A stretch of 64,000 nt of DNA from Eledone cirrhosa (lineage: Eukaryota): contig OZ024743.1 of NCBI GenBank assembly GCA_964016885.1, positions 92,504,001 through 92,568,000 on the forward strand, read 5' to 3'. A program made the translations under genes and the position numbers. Below the pieces are notes generated by a model. It made no database searches. It had not been told where the DNA came from and saw only the letters and a program-made list of their open reading frames with translations. Positions 24,450-38,989 of this stretch are shown piece after piece. Each line of letters begins with the position of its first letter. Positions within the stretch are counted from its first letter, which is position 1.

Positions 24450-25710
24450 TTTATTTTTTTAAAAAGTTAATTTCTTTTCAGAGCTATTTATTTTTTAGTT
24501 CGGTGGCCGCTTAGGAAACCGAGCTGCTGTAAACATTTCCCTTTTTCTTTCTTTAGTTAGTTTGATTTGCAAGCTTTTCTCTCCAGTGTCTGTTAGTTTC
24601 AAAATAATTATGCACGCAAACTTTTTCCTTTCTTTCAACTCTACCCTTCGCATACACACTACTGCAAACGTCTTATAGGCTACCGACTGCAAAAACAGAG
24701 TTTGTTGATAATTTCAGATATTTCGAACTTTTATTCCGTCCGCCTTCGGAAGTAGTGAGCCTGCTATATACGCTAGAAAATATTTATTGAACAAAGATTT
24801 GGCTGCTTTTTCTAGCATGTAAAATGAGGGTCCATTTATACCACTTTCCATCCTAATCAGAAACCATCATTTTAACACCGAGATTCAAAGAAAAGCTCCC
24901 ATCACAACTGCTATCACTTTCGCATTTCCTTCTGAAAATATTAAGTCGAAACGAAAGAAAGTATTGAGCCAACACTAAGTGTGTCTATCGGTCACATAAC
25001 GGGTTCCGGAGCCTACCTCTAATAGCTTTTGACACTAGAAAACACACTGGCAACCTTACTGCGGATGATAGCGAGTCTAAGAAGCTGATACAACCAAGCA
25101 GACTCGCAGTCAGCGTCTGATACCTCGGTAAGGCGAGTGGCCAACTATGACAAAAAGTTCGTTGTTAGTGGACCAGCTCCTGCAAACGTCTTAGAAGCTA
25201 CAGGCTGGAAAAACAGAGTTTGTTGATAATTTCCGATGTTTCAAAGTTATATTCCGTCCGCCTTCGGAAGTAGTGAGCCTGCTATATACTCTAGAAAATA
25301 TTTATTGAACAAAGATTTGGCTGCTTTTTCTAGCATGTAAAATGAGCACATTTCTTTAGAGCCGTTCGAATCGAAGATGATGGACATGTGTAATAATTAA
25401 TTCGGAATGGGTATCGTAGCTAGTTATTTGGCCGAGTTATATAAACAAAAGGAGAACATAAGTTTTAAAGACAGCAATATCGACAACTATGCGATACTCT
25501 CGTAGTTAATAACGTGTGCTAATTTATAAATTAGATGAGATTTATGTAAAAGTTTATTAAGCAACCTAAATTGCTTGAAAATACTATGTTCTATGGTTGA
25601 AAGTATGAAAAATGTAAAACAGAAAATTAAAGTATAAAAATTACTGTAAAAGAAAGGTGTTTAGTGAGTTGTTTTATACAATAAAACTATTAAATTGAGT
25701 GTAAGATTTC

Positions 25711-25829
25711 GTTTACGGCCATATCCCGCTGAAAACACCGGTTCTCGTCCGATCACCGAAGTTAAGCAACGTCGAGCCTAGTTAGTACTTGGATGGGTGA
25801 CCGCTTGGGAACCCTAGGTGCCGTAAGCG
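25711..25829 (+). rRNA. 5S_rRNA: 5S rRNA, copy 19 (heads the short 860-bp unit; uninterrupted T8 terminator)
   Basis: Matches copy 1; followed directly by TTTTTTTT. Confidence 0.97.
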
Positions 25830-26039
25830 TTTTTTTTAAAAAAATTAATTTCTTTTCAGAGCTGTTTATTTTTTACTTGGGTGAGCGCTTAGGAAACCGA
25901 GCTGCTGTAAACATTTCCCTTTTTCTTTCTTTAGTTAGTTTGATTTGCAAGCTTTTCTCTCCAGTGTCTGTTAGTTTCAAAATAATTATGCACGCAAACT
26001 TTTTCCTTTCTTTCAACTCTACCCTTCGCATACACACTA

Positions 26040-26206
26040 CTGCAAACGTCTTATAGGCTATCGACTGCAAAAACAGAGTTTGTTGATAATTTCAGATATT
26101 TCGAACTTTTATTCCGTCCGCCTTCGGAAGTAGTGAGCCTGCTATATACTCTAGAAAATATTTATTGAACAAAGATTTGGCTGCTTTTTCTAGCATGTAA
26201 AATGAG
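26040..26206 (+). repeat. Chimeric A/B solo repeat marking a 518-bp deletion in unit 19
   Basis: The 5' part has A-type bases (TTATAGGCTA, TTCAGATATTTCGAACTTTT). The 3' part has B-type TATACTCTAG and the B flank GAGCACATTT. Gene spacing is 860 = 1380-518-2. Confidence 0.95.
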
Positions 26207-26570
26207 CACATTTCTTTAGAGCCGTTCGAATCGAAGATGATGGACATGTGTAATAATTAATTCGGAATGGGTATCGTAGCTAGTTATTTGGCCGAGTTAT
26301 ATAAACAAAAGGAGAACATAAGTTTTAAAGACAGCAATATCGACAACTATGCGATACTCTCGTAGTTAATAACGTGTGCTAATTTATAAATTAGATGAGA
26401 TTTATGTAAAAGTTTATTAAGCAACCTAAATTGCTTGAAAATACTATGTTCTATGGTTGAAAGTATGAAAAATGTAAAACAGAAAATTAAAGTATAAAAA
26501 TTACTGTAAAAGAAAGGTGTTTAGTGAGTTGTTTTATACAATAAAACTATTAAATTGAGTGTAAGATTTC

Positions 26571-26689
26571 GTTTACGGCCATATCCCGCTGAAAACACCG
26601 GTTCTCGTCCGATCACCGAAGTTAAGCAACGTCGAGCCTAGTTGGTACTTGGATGGGTGACCGCTTGGGAACCCTAGGTGCCGTAAGCG
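26571..26689 (+). rRNA. 5S_rRNA: 5S rRNA, copy 20, variant A74G in loop E
   Basis: GTTGGTACTT instead of GTTAGTACTT at 26644. Confidence 0.93.
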
Positions 26690-27950
26690 TTTATTTTTTA
26701 AAAAAATTAATTTCTTTTCAGAGCTGTTTATTTTTTACTTGGGTGAGCGCTTAGGAAACTGAGCTGCTGTAAACATTTCCCTTTTTCTTTCTTTAGTTAG
26801 TTTGATTTGCAAGCTTTTCTCTCCAGTGTCTGTTAGTTTCAAAATAATTATGCACGCAAACTTTTTCCTTTCTTTCAACTCTACCCTTCGCATACACACT
26901 ACTGCAAACGTCTTATAGGCTACCGACTGCAAAAACAGAGTTTGTTGATAATTTCAGATATTTCGAACTTTTATTCCGTCCGCCTTCGGAAGTAGTGAGC
27001 CTGCTATATACGCTAGAAAATATTTATTGAACAAAGATTTGGCTGCTTTTTCTAGCATGTAAAATGAGGGTCCATTTATACCACTTTCCATCCTAATCAG
27101 AAACCATCATTTTAACACCGAGATTCAAAGAAAAGCTCCCATCACAACTGCTATCACTTTCGCATTTCCCTCTGAAAATATTAAGTCGAAACGAAAGAAA
27201 GTATTGAGCCAACACTAAGTGTGTCTATCGGTCACATAACGGGTTCCGGAGCCTACCTCTAATAGCTTTTGACACTAGAAAACACACTGGCAACCTTACT
27301 GCGGATGATAGCGAGTCTAAGAAGCTGATACAACCAAGCAGACTCGCAGTCAGCGTCTGATACCTCGGTAAGGCGAGTGGCCAACTATGACAAAAAGTTC
27401 GTTGTTAGTGGACCAGCTCCTGCAAACGTCTTAGAAGCTACAGGCTGGAAAAACAGAGTTTGTTGATAATTTCCGATGTTTCAAAGTTATATTCCGTCCG
27501 CCTTCGGAAGTAGTGAGCCTGCTATATACTCTAGAAAATATTTATTGAACAAAGATTTGGCTGCTTTTTCTAGCATGTAAAATGAGCACATTTCTTTAGA
27601 GCCGTTCGAATCGAAGATGATGGACATGTGTAATAATTAATTCGGAATGGGTATCGTAGCTAGTTATTTGGCCGAGTTATATAAACAAAAAGAGAACATA
27701 AGTTTTAAAGACAGCAATATCGACAACTATGCGATACTCTCGTAGTTAATAACGTGTGCTAATTTATAAATTAGATGAGATTTATGTAAAAGTTTATTAA
27801 GCAACCTAAATTGCTTGAAAATACTATGTTCTATGGTTGAAAGTATGAAAAATGTAAAACAGAAAATTAAAGTATAAAAATTACTGTAAAAGAAAGGTGT
27901 TTAGTGAGTTGTTTTATACAATAAAACTATTAAATTGAGTGTAAGATTTC

Positions 27951-28069
27951 GTTTACGGCCATATCCCGCTGAAAACACCGGTTCTCGTCCGATCACCGAA
28001 GTTAAGCAACGTCGAGCCTAGTTAGTACTTGGATGGGTGACCGCTTGGGAACCCTAGGTGCCGTAAGCG
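27951..28069 (+). rRNA. 5S_rRNA: 5S rRNA, copy 21
   Basis: Matches copy 1. Confidence 0.97.
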
Positions 28070-29330
28070 TTTATTTTTTTAAAAAGTTAATTTCTTTTCA
28101 GAGCTATTTATTTTTTAGTTCGGTGGCCGCTTAGGAAACCGAGCTGCTGTAAACATTTCCCTTTTTCTTTCTTTAGTTAGTTTGATTTGCAAGCTTTTCT
28201 CTCCAGTGTCTGTTAGTTTCAAAATAATTATGCACGCAAACTTTTTCCTTTCTTTCAACTCTACCCTTCGCATACACACTACTGCAAACGTCTTATAGGC
28301 TACCGACTGCAAAAACAGAGTTTGTTGATAATTTCAGATATTTCGAACTTTTATTCCGTCCGCCTTCGGAAGTAGTGAGCCTGCTATATACGCTAGAAAA
28401 TATTTATTGAACAAAGATTTGGCTGCTTTTTCTAGCATGTAAAATGAGGGTCCATTTATACCACTTTCCATCCTAATCAGAAACCATCATTTTAACACCG
28501 AGATTCAAAGAAAAGCTCCCATCACAACTGCTATCACTTTCGCATTTCCTTCTGAAAATATTAAGTCGAAACGAAAGAAAGTATTGAGCCAACACTAAGT
28601 GTGTCTATCGGTCACATAACGGGTTCCGGAGCCTACCTCTAATAGCTTTTGACACTAGAAAACACACTGGCAACCTTACTGCGGATGATAGCGAGTCTAA
28701 GAAGCTGATACAACCAAGCAGACTCGCAGTCAGCGTCTGATACCTCGGTAAGGCGAGTGGCCAACTATGACAAAAAGTTCGTTGTTAGTGGACCAGCTCC
28801 TGCAAACGTCTTAGAAGCTACAGGCTGGAAAAACATAGTTTGTTGATAATTTCCGATGTTTCAAAGTTATATTCCGTCCGCCTTCGGAAGTAGTGAGCCT
28901 GCTATATACTCTAGAAAATATTTATTGAACAAAGATTTGGCTGCTTTTTCTAGCATGTAAAATGAGCACATTTCTTTAGAGCCGTTCGAATCGAAGATGA
29001 TGGACATGTGTAATAATTAATTCGGAATGGGTATCGTAGCTAGTTATTTGGCCGAGTTATATAAACAAAAAGAGAACATAAGTTTTAAAGACAGCAATAT
29101 CGACAACTATGCGATACTCTCGTAGTTAATAACGTGTGCTAATTTAAAAGTTAGATGAGATTTATGCAAAAGTTTATTAAGCAACCTAAATTGCTTGAAA
29201 ATACTATGTTCTATGGTTGAAAGTATGAAAAATGTAAAATAGAAAATTAAAGTATAAAAATTACTGTAAAAGAAAGGTGTTTAGTGAGTTGTTTTATACA
29301 ATAAAACTATTAAATTGAGTGTAAGCTTTC

Positions 29331-29449
29331 GTTTACGGCCATATCCCGCTGAAAACACCGGTTCTCGTCCGATCACCGAAGTTAAGCAACGTCGAGCCTA
29401 GTTAGTACTTGGATGGGTGACCGCTTGGGAACCCTAGGTGCCGTAAGCG
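29331..29449 (+). rRNA. 5S_rRNA: 5S rRNA, copy 22
   Basis: Matches copy 1. Confidence 0.97.
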
Positions 29450-30710
29450 TTTATTTTTTTAAAAAATTAATTTCTTTTCAGAGCTGTTTATTTTTTACTT
29501 GGGTGAGCGCTTAGGAAACCGAGCTGCTGTAAACATTTCCCTTTTTCTTTCTTTAGTTAGTTTGATTTGCAAGCTTTTCTCTCCAGTGTCTGTTAGTTTC
29601 AAAATAATTATGCACGCAAACTTTTTCCTTTCTTTCAACTCTACCCTTCGCATACACACTACTGCAAACGTCTTATAGGCTACCGACTGCAAAAACAGAG
29701 TTTGTTGATAATTTCAGATATTTCGAACTTTTATTCCGTCCGCCTTCGGAAGTAGTGAGCCTGCTATATACGCTAGAAAATATTTATTGAACAAAGATTT
29801 GGCTGCTTTTTCTAGCATGTAAAATGAGGGTCCATTTATACCACTTTCCATCCTAATCAGAAACCATCATTTTAACACCGAGATTCAAAGAAAAGCTCCC
29901 ATCACAACTGCTATCACTTTCGCATTTCCCTCTGAAAATATTAAGTCGAAACGAAAGAAAGTATTGAGCCAACACTAAGTGTGTCTATCGGTCACATAAC
30001 GGGTTCCGGAGCCTACCTCTAATAGCTTTTGACACTAGAAAACACACTGGCAACCTTACTGCGGATGATAGCGAGTCTAAGAAGCTGATACAACCAAGCA
30101 GACTCGCAGTCAGCGTCTGATACCTCGGTAAGGCGAGTGGCCAACTATGACAAAAAGTTCGTTGTTAGTGGACCAGCTCCTGCAAACGTCTTAGAAGCTA
30201 CAGGCTGGAAAAACAGAGTTTGTTGATAATTTCCGATGTTTCAAAGTTATATTCCGTCCGCCTTCGGAAGTAGTGAGCCTGCTATATACTCTAGAAAATA
30301 TTTATTGAACAAAGATTTGGCTGCTTTTTCTAGCATGTAAAATGAGCACATTTCTTTAGAGCCGTTCGAATCGAAGATGATGGACATGTGTAATAATTAA
30401 TTCGGAATGGGTATCGTAGCTAGTTATTTGGCCGAGTTATATAAACAAAAAGAGAACATAAGTTTTAAAGACAGCAATATCGACAACTATGCGATACTCT
30501 CGTAGTTAATAACGTGTGCTAATTTATAAATTAGATGAGATTTATGTAAAAGTTTATTAAGCAACCTAAATTGCTTGAAAATACTATGTTCTATGGTTGA
30601 AAGTATGAAAAATGTAAAACAGAAAATTAAAGTATAAAAATTACTGTAAAAGAAAGGTGTTTAGTGAGTTGTTTTATACAATAAAACTATTAAATTGAGT
30701 GTAAGATTTC

Positions 30711-30829
30711 GTTTACGGCCATATCCCGCTGAAAACACCGGTTCTCGTCCGATCACCGAAGTTAAGCAACGTCGAGCCTAGTTAGTACTTGGATGGGTGA
30801 CCGCTTGGGAACCCTAGGTGCCGTAAGCG
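30711..30829 (+). rRNA. 5S_rRNA: 5S rRNA, copy 23
   Basis: Matches copy 1. Confidence 0.97.
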
Positions 30830-32090
30830 TTTATTTTTTTAAAAAGTTAATTTCTTTTCAGAGCTATTTATTTTTTAGTTCGGTGGCCGCTTAGGAAACC
30901 GAGCTGCTGTAAACATTTCCCTTTTTCTTTCTTTAGTTAGTTTGATTTGCAAGCTTTTCTCTCCAGTGTCTGTTAGTTTCAAAATAATTATGCACGCAAA
31001 CTTTTTCCTTTCTTTCAACTCTACCCTTCGCATACACACTACTGCAAACGTCTTATAGGCTACCGACTGCAAAAACAGAGTTTGTTGATAATTTCAGATA
31101 TTTCGAACTTTTATTCCGTCCGCCTTCGGAAGTAGTGAGCCTGCTATATACGCTAGAAAATATTTATTGAACAAAGATTTGGCTGCTTTTTCTAGCATGT
31201 AAAATGAGGGTCCATTTATACCACTTTCCATCCTAATCAGAAACCATCATTTTAACACCGAGATTCAAAGAAAAGCTCCCATCACAACTGCTATCACTTT
31301 CGCATTTCCCTCTGAAAATATTAAGTCGAAACGAAAGAAAGTATTGAGCCAACACTAAGTGTGTCTATCGGTCACATAACGGGTTCCGGAGCCTACCTCT
31401 AATAGCTTTTGACACTAGAAAACACACTGGCAACCTTACTGCGGATGATAGCGAGTCTAAGAAGCTGATACAACCAAGCACACTCGCAGTCAGCGTCTGA
31501 TACCTCGGTAAGGCGAGTGGCCAACTATGACAAAAAGTTCGTTGTTAGTGGACCAGCTCCTGCAAACGTCTTAGAAGCTACAGGCTGGAAAAACATAGTT
31601 TGTTGATAATTTCCGATGTTTCAAAGTTATATTCCGTCCGCCTTCGGAAGTAGTGAGCCTGCTATATACTCTAGAAAATATTTATTGAACAAAGATTTGG
31701 CTGCTTTTTCTAGCATGTAAAATGAGCACATTTCTTTAGAGCCGTTCGAATCGAAGATGATGGACATGTGTAATAATTAATTCGGAATGGGTATCGTAGC
31801 TAGTTATTTGGCCGAGTTATATAAACAAAAGGAGAACATAAGTTTTAAAGACAGCAATATCGACAACTATGCGATACTCTCGTAGTTAATAACGTGTGCT
31901 AATTTATAAATTAGATGAGATTTATGTAAAAGTTTATTAAGCAACCTAAATTGCTTGAAAATACTATGTTCTATGGTTGAAAGTATGAAAAATGTAAAAC
32001 AGAAAATTAAAGTATAAAAATTACTGTAAAAGAAAGGTGTTTAGTGAGTTGTTTTATACAATAAAACTATTAAATTGAGTGTAAGATTTC

Positions 32091-32209
32091 GTTTACGGCC
32101 ATATCCCGCTGAAAACACCGGTTCTCGTCCGATCACCGAAGTTAAGCAACGTCGAGCCTAGTTAGTACTTGGATGGGTGACCGCTTGGGAACCCTAGGTG
32201 CCGTAAGCG
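32091..32209 (+). rRNA. 5S_rRNA: 5S rRNA, copy 24
   Basis: Matches copy 1. Confidence 0.97.
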
Positions 32210-33470
32210 TTTATTTTTTTAAAAAATTAATTTCTTTTCAGAGCTGTTTATTTTTTACTTGGGTGAGCGCTTAGGAAACCGAGCTGCTGTAAACATTTCC
32301 CTTTTTCTTTCTTTAGTTAGTTTGATTTGCAAGCTTTTCTCTCCAGTGTCTGTTAGTTTCAAAATAATTATGCACGCAAACTTTTTCCTTTCTTTCAACT
32401 CTACCCTTCGCATACACACTACTGCAAACGTCTTATAGGCTACCGACTGCAAAAACAGAGTTTGTTGATAATTTCAGATATTTCGAACTTTTATTCCGTC
32501 CGCCTTCGGAAGTAGTGAGCCTGCTATATACGCTAGAAAATATTTATTGAACAAAGATTTGGCTGCTTTTTCTAGCATGTAAAATGAGGGTCCATTTATA
32601 CCACTTTCCATCCTAATCAGAAACCATCATTTTAACACCGAGATTCAAAGAAAAGCTCCCATCACAACTGCTATCACTTTCGCATTTCCCTCTGAAAATA
32701 TTAAGTCGAAACGAAAGAAAGTATTGAGCCAACACTAAGTGTGTCTATCGGTCACATAACGGGTTCCGGAGCCTACCTCTAATAGCTTTTGACACTAGAA
32801 AACACACTGGCAACCTTACTGCGGATGATAGCGAGTCTAAGAAGCTGATACAACCAAGCAGACTCGCAGTCAGCGTCTGATACCTCGGTAAGGCGAGTGG
32901 CCAACTATGACAAAAAGTTCGTTGTTAGTGGACCAGCTCCTGCAAACGTCTTAGAAGCTACAGGCTGGAAAAACAGAGTTTGTTGATAATTTCCGATGTT
33001 TCAAAGTTATATTCCGTCCGCCTTCGGAAGTAGTGAGCCTGCTATATACTCTAGAAAATATTTATTGAACAAAGATTTGGCTGCTTTTTCTAGCATGTAA
33101 AATGAGCACATTTCTTTAGAGCCGTTCGAATCGAAGATGATGGACATGTGTAATAATTAATTCGGAATGGGTATCGTAGCTAGTTATTTGGCCGAGTTAT
33201 ATAAACAAAAAGAGAACATAAGTTTTAAAGACAGCAATATCGACAACTATGCGATACTCTCGTAGTTAATAACGTGTGCTAATTTATAAATTAGATGAGA
33301 TTTATGTAAAAGTTTATTAAGCAACCTAAATTGCTTGAAAATACTATGTTCTATGGTTGAAAGTATGAAAAATGTAAAACAGAAAATTAAAGTATAAAAA
33401 TTACTGTAAAAGAAAGGTGTTTAGTGAGTTGTTTTATACAATAAAACTATTAAATTGAGTGTAAGATTTC

Positions 33471-33589
33471 GTTTACGGCCATATCCCGCTGAAAACACCG
33501 GTTCTCGTCCGATCACCGAAGTTAAGCAACGTCGAGCCTAGTTAGTACTTGGATGGGTGACCGCTTGGGAACCCTAGGTGCCGTAAGCG
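33471..33589 (+). rRNA. 5S_rRNA: 5S rRNA, copy 25
   Basis: Matches copy 1. Confidence 0.97.
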
Positions 33590-34850
33590 TTTATTTTTTT
33601 AAAAAGTTAATTTCTTTTCAGAGCTATTTATTTTTTAGTTCGGTGGCCGCTTAGGAAACCGAGCTGCTGTAAACATTTCCCTTTTTCTTTCTTTAGTTAG
33701 TTTGATTTGCAAGCTTTTCTCTCCAGTGTCTGTTAGTTTCAAAATAATTATGCACGCAAACTTTTTCCTTTCTTTCAACTCTACCCTTCGCATACACACT
33801 ACTGCAAACGTCTTATAGGCTACCGACTGCAAAAACAGAGTTTGTTGATAATTTCAGATATTTCGAACTTTTATTCCGTCCGCCTTCGGAAGTAGTGAGC
33901 CTGCTATATACGCTAGAAAATATTTATTGAACAAAGATTTGGCTGCTTTTTCTAGCATGTAAAATGAGGGTCCATTTATACCACTTTCCATCCTAATCAG
34001 AAACCATCATTTTAACACCGAGATTCAAAGAAAAGCTCCCATCACAACTGCTATCACTTTCGCATTTCCTTCTGAAAATATTAAGTCGAAACGAAAGAAA
34101 GTATTGAGCCAACACTAAGTGTGTCTATCGGTCACATAACGGGTTCCGGAGCCTACCTCTAATAGCTTTTGACACTAGAAAACACACTGGCAACCTTACT
34201 GCGGATGATAGCGAGTCTAAGAAGCTGATACAACCAAGCAGACTCGCAGTCAGCGTCTGATACCTCGGTAAGGCGAGTGGCCAACTATGACAAAAAGTTC
34301 GTTGTTAGTGGACCAGCTCCTGCAAACGTCTTAGAAGCTACAGGCTGGAAAAACATAGTTTGTTGATAATTTCCGATGTTTCAAAGTTATATTCCGTCCG
34401 CCTTCGGAAGTAGTGAGCCTGCTATATACTCTAGAAAATATTTATTGAACAAAGATTTGGCTGCTTTTTCTAGCATGTAAAATGAGCACATTTCTTTAGA
34501 GCCGTTCGAATCGAAGATGATGGACATGTGTAATAATTAATTCGGAATGGGTATCGTAGCTAGTTATTTGGCCGAGTTATATAAACAAAAAGAGAACATA
34601 AGTTTTAAAGACAGCAATATCGACAACTATGCGATACTCTCGTAGTTAATAACGTGTGCTAATTTATAAATTAGATGAGATTTATGTAAAAGTTTATTAA
34701 GCAACCTAAATTGCTTGAAAATACTATGTTCTATGGTTGAAAGTATGAAAAATGTAAAACAGAAAATTAAAGTATAAAAATTACTGTAAAAGAAAGGTGT
34801 TTAGTGAGTTGTTTTATACAATAAAACTATTAAATTGAGTGTAAGATTTC

Positions 34851-34969
34851 GTTTACGGCCATATCCCGCTGAAAACACCGGTTCTCGTCCGATCACCGAA
34901 GTTAAGCAACGTCGAGCCTAGTTAGTACTTGGATGGGTGACCGCTTGGGAACCCTAGGTGCCGTAAGCG
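34851..34969 (+). rRNA. 5S_rRNA: 5S rRNA, copy 26
   Basis: Matches copy 1. Confidence 0.97.
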
Positions 34970-36230
34970 TTTATTTTTTTAAAAAGTTAATTTCTTTTCA
35001 GAGCTATTTATTTTTTAGTTCGGTGGCCGCTTAGGAAACCGAGCTGCTGTAAACATTTCCCTTTTTCTTTCTTTAGTTAGTTTGATTTGCAAGCTTTTCT
35101 CTCCAGTGTCTGTTAGTTTCAAAATAATTATGCACGCAAACTTTTTCCTTTCTTTCAACTCTACCCTTCGCATACACACTACTGCAAACGTCTTATAGGC
35201 TACCGACTGCAAAAACAGAGTTTGTTGATAATTTCAGATATTTCGAACTTTTATTCCGTCCGCCTTCGGAAGTAGTGAGCCTGCTATATACGCTAGAAAA
35301 TATTTATTGAACAAAGATTTGGCTGCTTTTTCTAGCATGTAAAATGAGGGTCCATTTATACCACTTTCCATCCTAATCAGAAACCATCATTTTAACACCG
35401 AGATTCAAAGAAAAGCTCCCATCACAACTGCTATCACTTTCGCATTTCCTTCTGAAAATATTAAGTCGAAACGAAAGAAAGTATTGAGCCAACACTAAGT
35501 GTGTCTATCGGTCACATAACGGGTTCCGGAGCCTACCTCTAATAGCTTTTGACACTAGAAAACACACTGGCAACCTTACTGCGGATGATAGCGAGTCTAA
35601 GAAGCTGATACAACCAAGCAGACTCGCAGTCAGCGTCTGATACCTCGGTAAGGCGAGTGGCCAACTATGACAAAAAGTTCGTTGTTAGTGGACCAGCTCC
35701 TGCAAACGTCTTAGAAGCTACAGGCTGGAAAAACATAGTTTGTTGATAATTTCCGATGTTTCAAAGTTATATTCCGTCCGCCTTCGGAAGTAGTGAGCCT
35801 GCTATATACTCTAGAAAATATTTATTGAACAAAGATTTGGCTGCTTTTTCTAGCATGTAAAATGAGCACATTTCTTTAGAGCCGTTCGAATCGAAGATGA
35901 TGGACATGTGTAATAATTAATTCGGAATGGGTATCGTAGCTAGTTATTTGGCCGAGTTATATAAACAAAAAGAGAACATAAGTTTTAAAGACAGCAATAT
36001 CGACAACTATGCGATACTCTCGTAGTTAATAACGTGTGCTAATTTAAAAGTTAGATGAGATTTATGCAAAAGTTTATTAAGCAACCTAAATTGCTTGAAA
36101 ATACTATGTTCTATGGTTGAAAGTATGAAAAATGTAAAATAGAAAATTAAAGTATAAAAATTACTGTAAAAGAAAGGTGTTTAGTGAGTTGTTTTATACA
36201 ATAAAACTATTAAATTGAGTGTAAGCTTTC

Positions 36231-36349
36231 GTTTACGGCCATATCCCGCTGAAAACACCGGTTCTCGTCCGATCACCGAAGTTAAGCAACGTCGAGCCTA
36301 GTTAGTACTTGGATGGGTGACCGCTTGGGAACCCTAGGTGCCGTAAGCG
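36231..36349 (+). rRNA. 5S_rRNA: 5S rRNA, copy 27
   Basis: Matches copy 1. Confidence 0.97.
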
Positions 36350-37609
36350 TTTATTTTTTTAAAAAATTAATTTCTTTTCAGAGCTGTTTATTTTTTACTT
36401 GGGTGAGCGCTTAGGAAACCGAGCTGCTGTAAACATTTCCCTTTTTCTTTCTTTAGTTAGTTTGATTTGCAAGCTTTTCTCTCCAGTGTCTGTTAGTTTC
36501 AAAATAATTATGCACGCAAACTTTTTCCTTTCTTTCAACTCTACCCTTCGCATACACACTACTGCAAACGTCTTATAGGCTACCGACTGCAAAAACAGAG
36601 TTTGTTGATAATTTCAGATATTTCGAACTTTTATTCCGTCCGCCTTCGGAAGTAGTGAGCCTGCTATATACGCTAGAAAATATTTATTGAACAAAGATTT
36701 GGCTGCTTTTTCTAGCATGTAAAATGAGGGTCCATTTATACCACTTTCCATCCTAATCAGAAACCATCATTTTAACACCGAGATTCAAAGAAAAGCTCCC
36801 ATCACAACTGCTATCACTTTCGCATTTCCCTCTGAAAATATTAAGTCGAAACGAAAGAAAGTATTGAGCCAACACTAAGTGTGTCTATCGGTCACATAAC
36901 GGGTTCCGGAGCCTACCTCTAATAGCTTTTGACACTAGAAAACACACTGGCAACCTTACTGCGGATGATAGCGAGTCTAAGAAGCTGATACAACCAAGCA
37001 CACTCGCAGTCAGCGTCTGATACCTCGGTAAGGCGAGTGACAACTATGACAAAAAGTTCGTTGTTAGTGGACCAGCTCCTGCAAACGTCTTAGAAGCTAC
37101 AGGCTGGAAAAACAGAGTTTGTTGATAATTTCCGATGTTTCAAAGTTATATTCCGTCCGCCTTCGGAAGTAGTGAGCCTGCTATATACTCTAGAAAATAT
37201 TTATTGAACAAAGATTTGGCTGCTTTTTCTAGCATGTAAAATGAGCACATTTCTTTAGAGCCGTTCGAATCGAAGATGATGGACATGTGTAATAATTAAT
37301 TCGGAATGGGTATCGTAGCTAGTTATTTGGCCGAGTTATATAAACAAAAAGAGAACATAAGTTTTAAAGACAGCAATATCGACAACTATGCGATACTCTC
37401 GTAGTTAATAACGTGTGCTAATTTATAAATTAGATGAGATTTATGTAAAAGTTTATTAAGCAACCTAAATTGCTTGAAAATACTATGTTCTATGGTTGAA
37501 AGTATGAAAAATGTAAAACAGAAAATTAAAGTATAAAAATTACTGTAAAAGAAAGGTGTTTAGTGAGTTGTTTTATACAATAAAACTATTAAATTGAGTG
37601 TAAGATTTC

Positions 37610-37728
37610 GTTTACGGCCATATCCCGCTGAAAACACCGGTTCTCGTCCGATCACCGAAGTTAAGCAACGTCGAGCCTAGTTAGTACTTGGATGGGTGAC
37701 CGCTTGGGAACCCTAGGTGCCGTAAGCG
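37610..37728 (+). rRNA. 5S_rRNA: 5S rRNA, copy 28
   Basis: Matches copy 1. Confidence 0.97.
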
Positions 37729-38989
37729 TTTATTTTTTTAAAAAGTTAATTTCTTTTCAGAGCTATTTATTTTTTAGTTCGGTGGCCGCTTAGGAAACCG
37801 AGCTGCTGTAAACATTTCCCTTTTTCTTTCTTTAGTTAGTTTGATTTGCAAGCTTTTCTCTCCAGTGTCTGTTAGTTTCAAAATAATTATGCACGCAAAC
37901 TTTTTCCTTTCTTTCAACTCTACCCTTCGCATACACACTACTGCAAACGTCTTATAGGCTACCGACTGCAAAAACAGAGTTTGTTGATAATTTCAGATAT
38001 TTCGAACTTTTATTCCGTCCGCCTTCGGAAGTAGTGAGCCTGCTATATACGCTAGAAAATATTTATTGAACAAAGATTTGGCTGCTTTTTCTAGCATGTA
38101 AAATGAGGGTCCATTTATACCACTTTCCATCCTAATCAGAAACCATCATTTTAACACCGAGATTCAAAGAAAAGCTCCCATCACAACTGCTATCACTTTC
38201 GCATTTCCCTCTGAAAATATTAAGTCGAAACGAAAGAAAGTATTGAGCCAACACTAAGTGTGTCTATCGGTCACATAACGGGTTCCGGAGCCTACCTCTA
38301 ATAGCTTTTGACACTAGAAAACACACTGGCAACCTTACTGCGGATGATAGCGAGTCTAAGAAGCTGATACAACCAAGCAGACTCGCAGTCAGCGTCTGAT
38401 ACCTCGGTAAGGCGAGTGGCCAACTATGACAAAAAGTTCGTTGTTAGTGGACCAGCTCCTGCAAACGTCTTAGAAGCTACAGGCTGGAAAAACATAGTTT
38501 GTTGATAATTTCCGATGTTTCAAAGTTATATTCCGTGCGCCTTCGGAAGTAGTGAGCCTGCTATATACTCTAGAAAATATTTATTGAACAAAGATTTGGC
38601 TGCTTTTTCTAGCATGTAAAATGAGCACATTTCTTTAGAGCCGTTCGAATCGAAGATGATGGACATGTGTAATAATTAATTCGGAATGGGTATCGTAGCT
38701 AGTTATTTGGCCGAGTTATATAAACAAAAGGAGAACATAAGTTTTAAAGACAGCAATATCGACAACTATGCGATACTCTCGTAGTTAATAACGTGTGCTA
38801 ATTTATAAATTAGATGAGATTTATGTAAAAGTTTATTAAGCAACCTAAATTGCTTGAAAATACTATGTTCTATGGTTGAAAGTATGAAAAATGTAAAACA
38901 GAAAATTAAAGTATAAAAATTACTGTAAAAGAAAGGTGTTTAGTGAGTTGTTTTATACAATAAAACTATTAAATTGAGTGTAAGATTTC

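Noticed and set aside
25793-26056. 87-aa plus-strand ORF, and 70-aa ORFs at 51729 and 57249
   Set aside because: Created by terminator-region indels or SNPs; the first starts inside the 5S gene.
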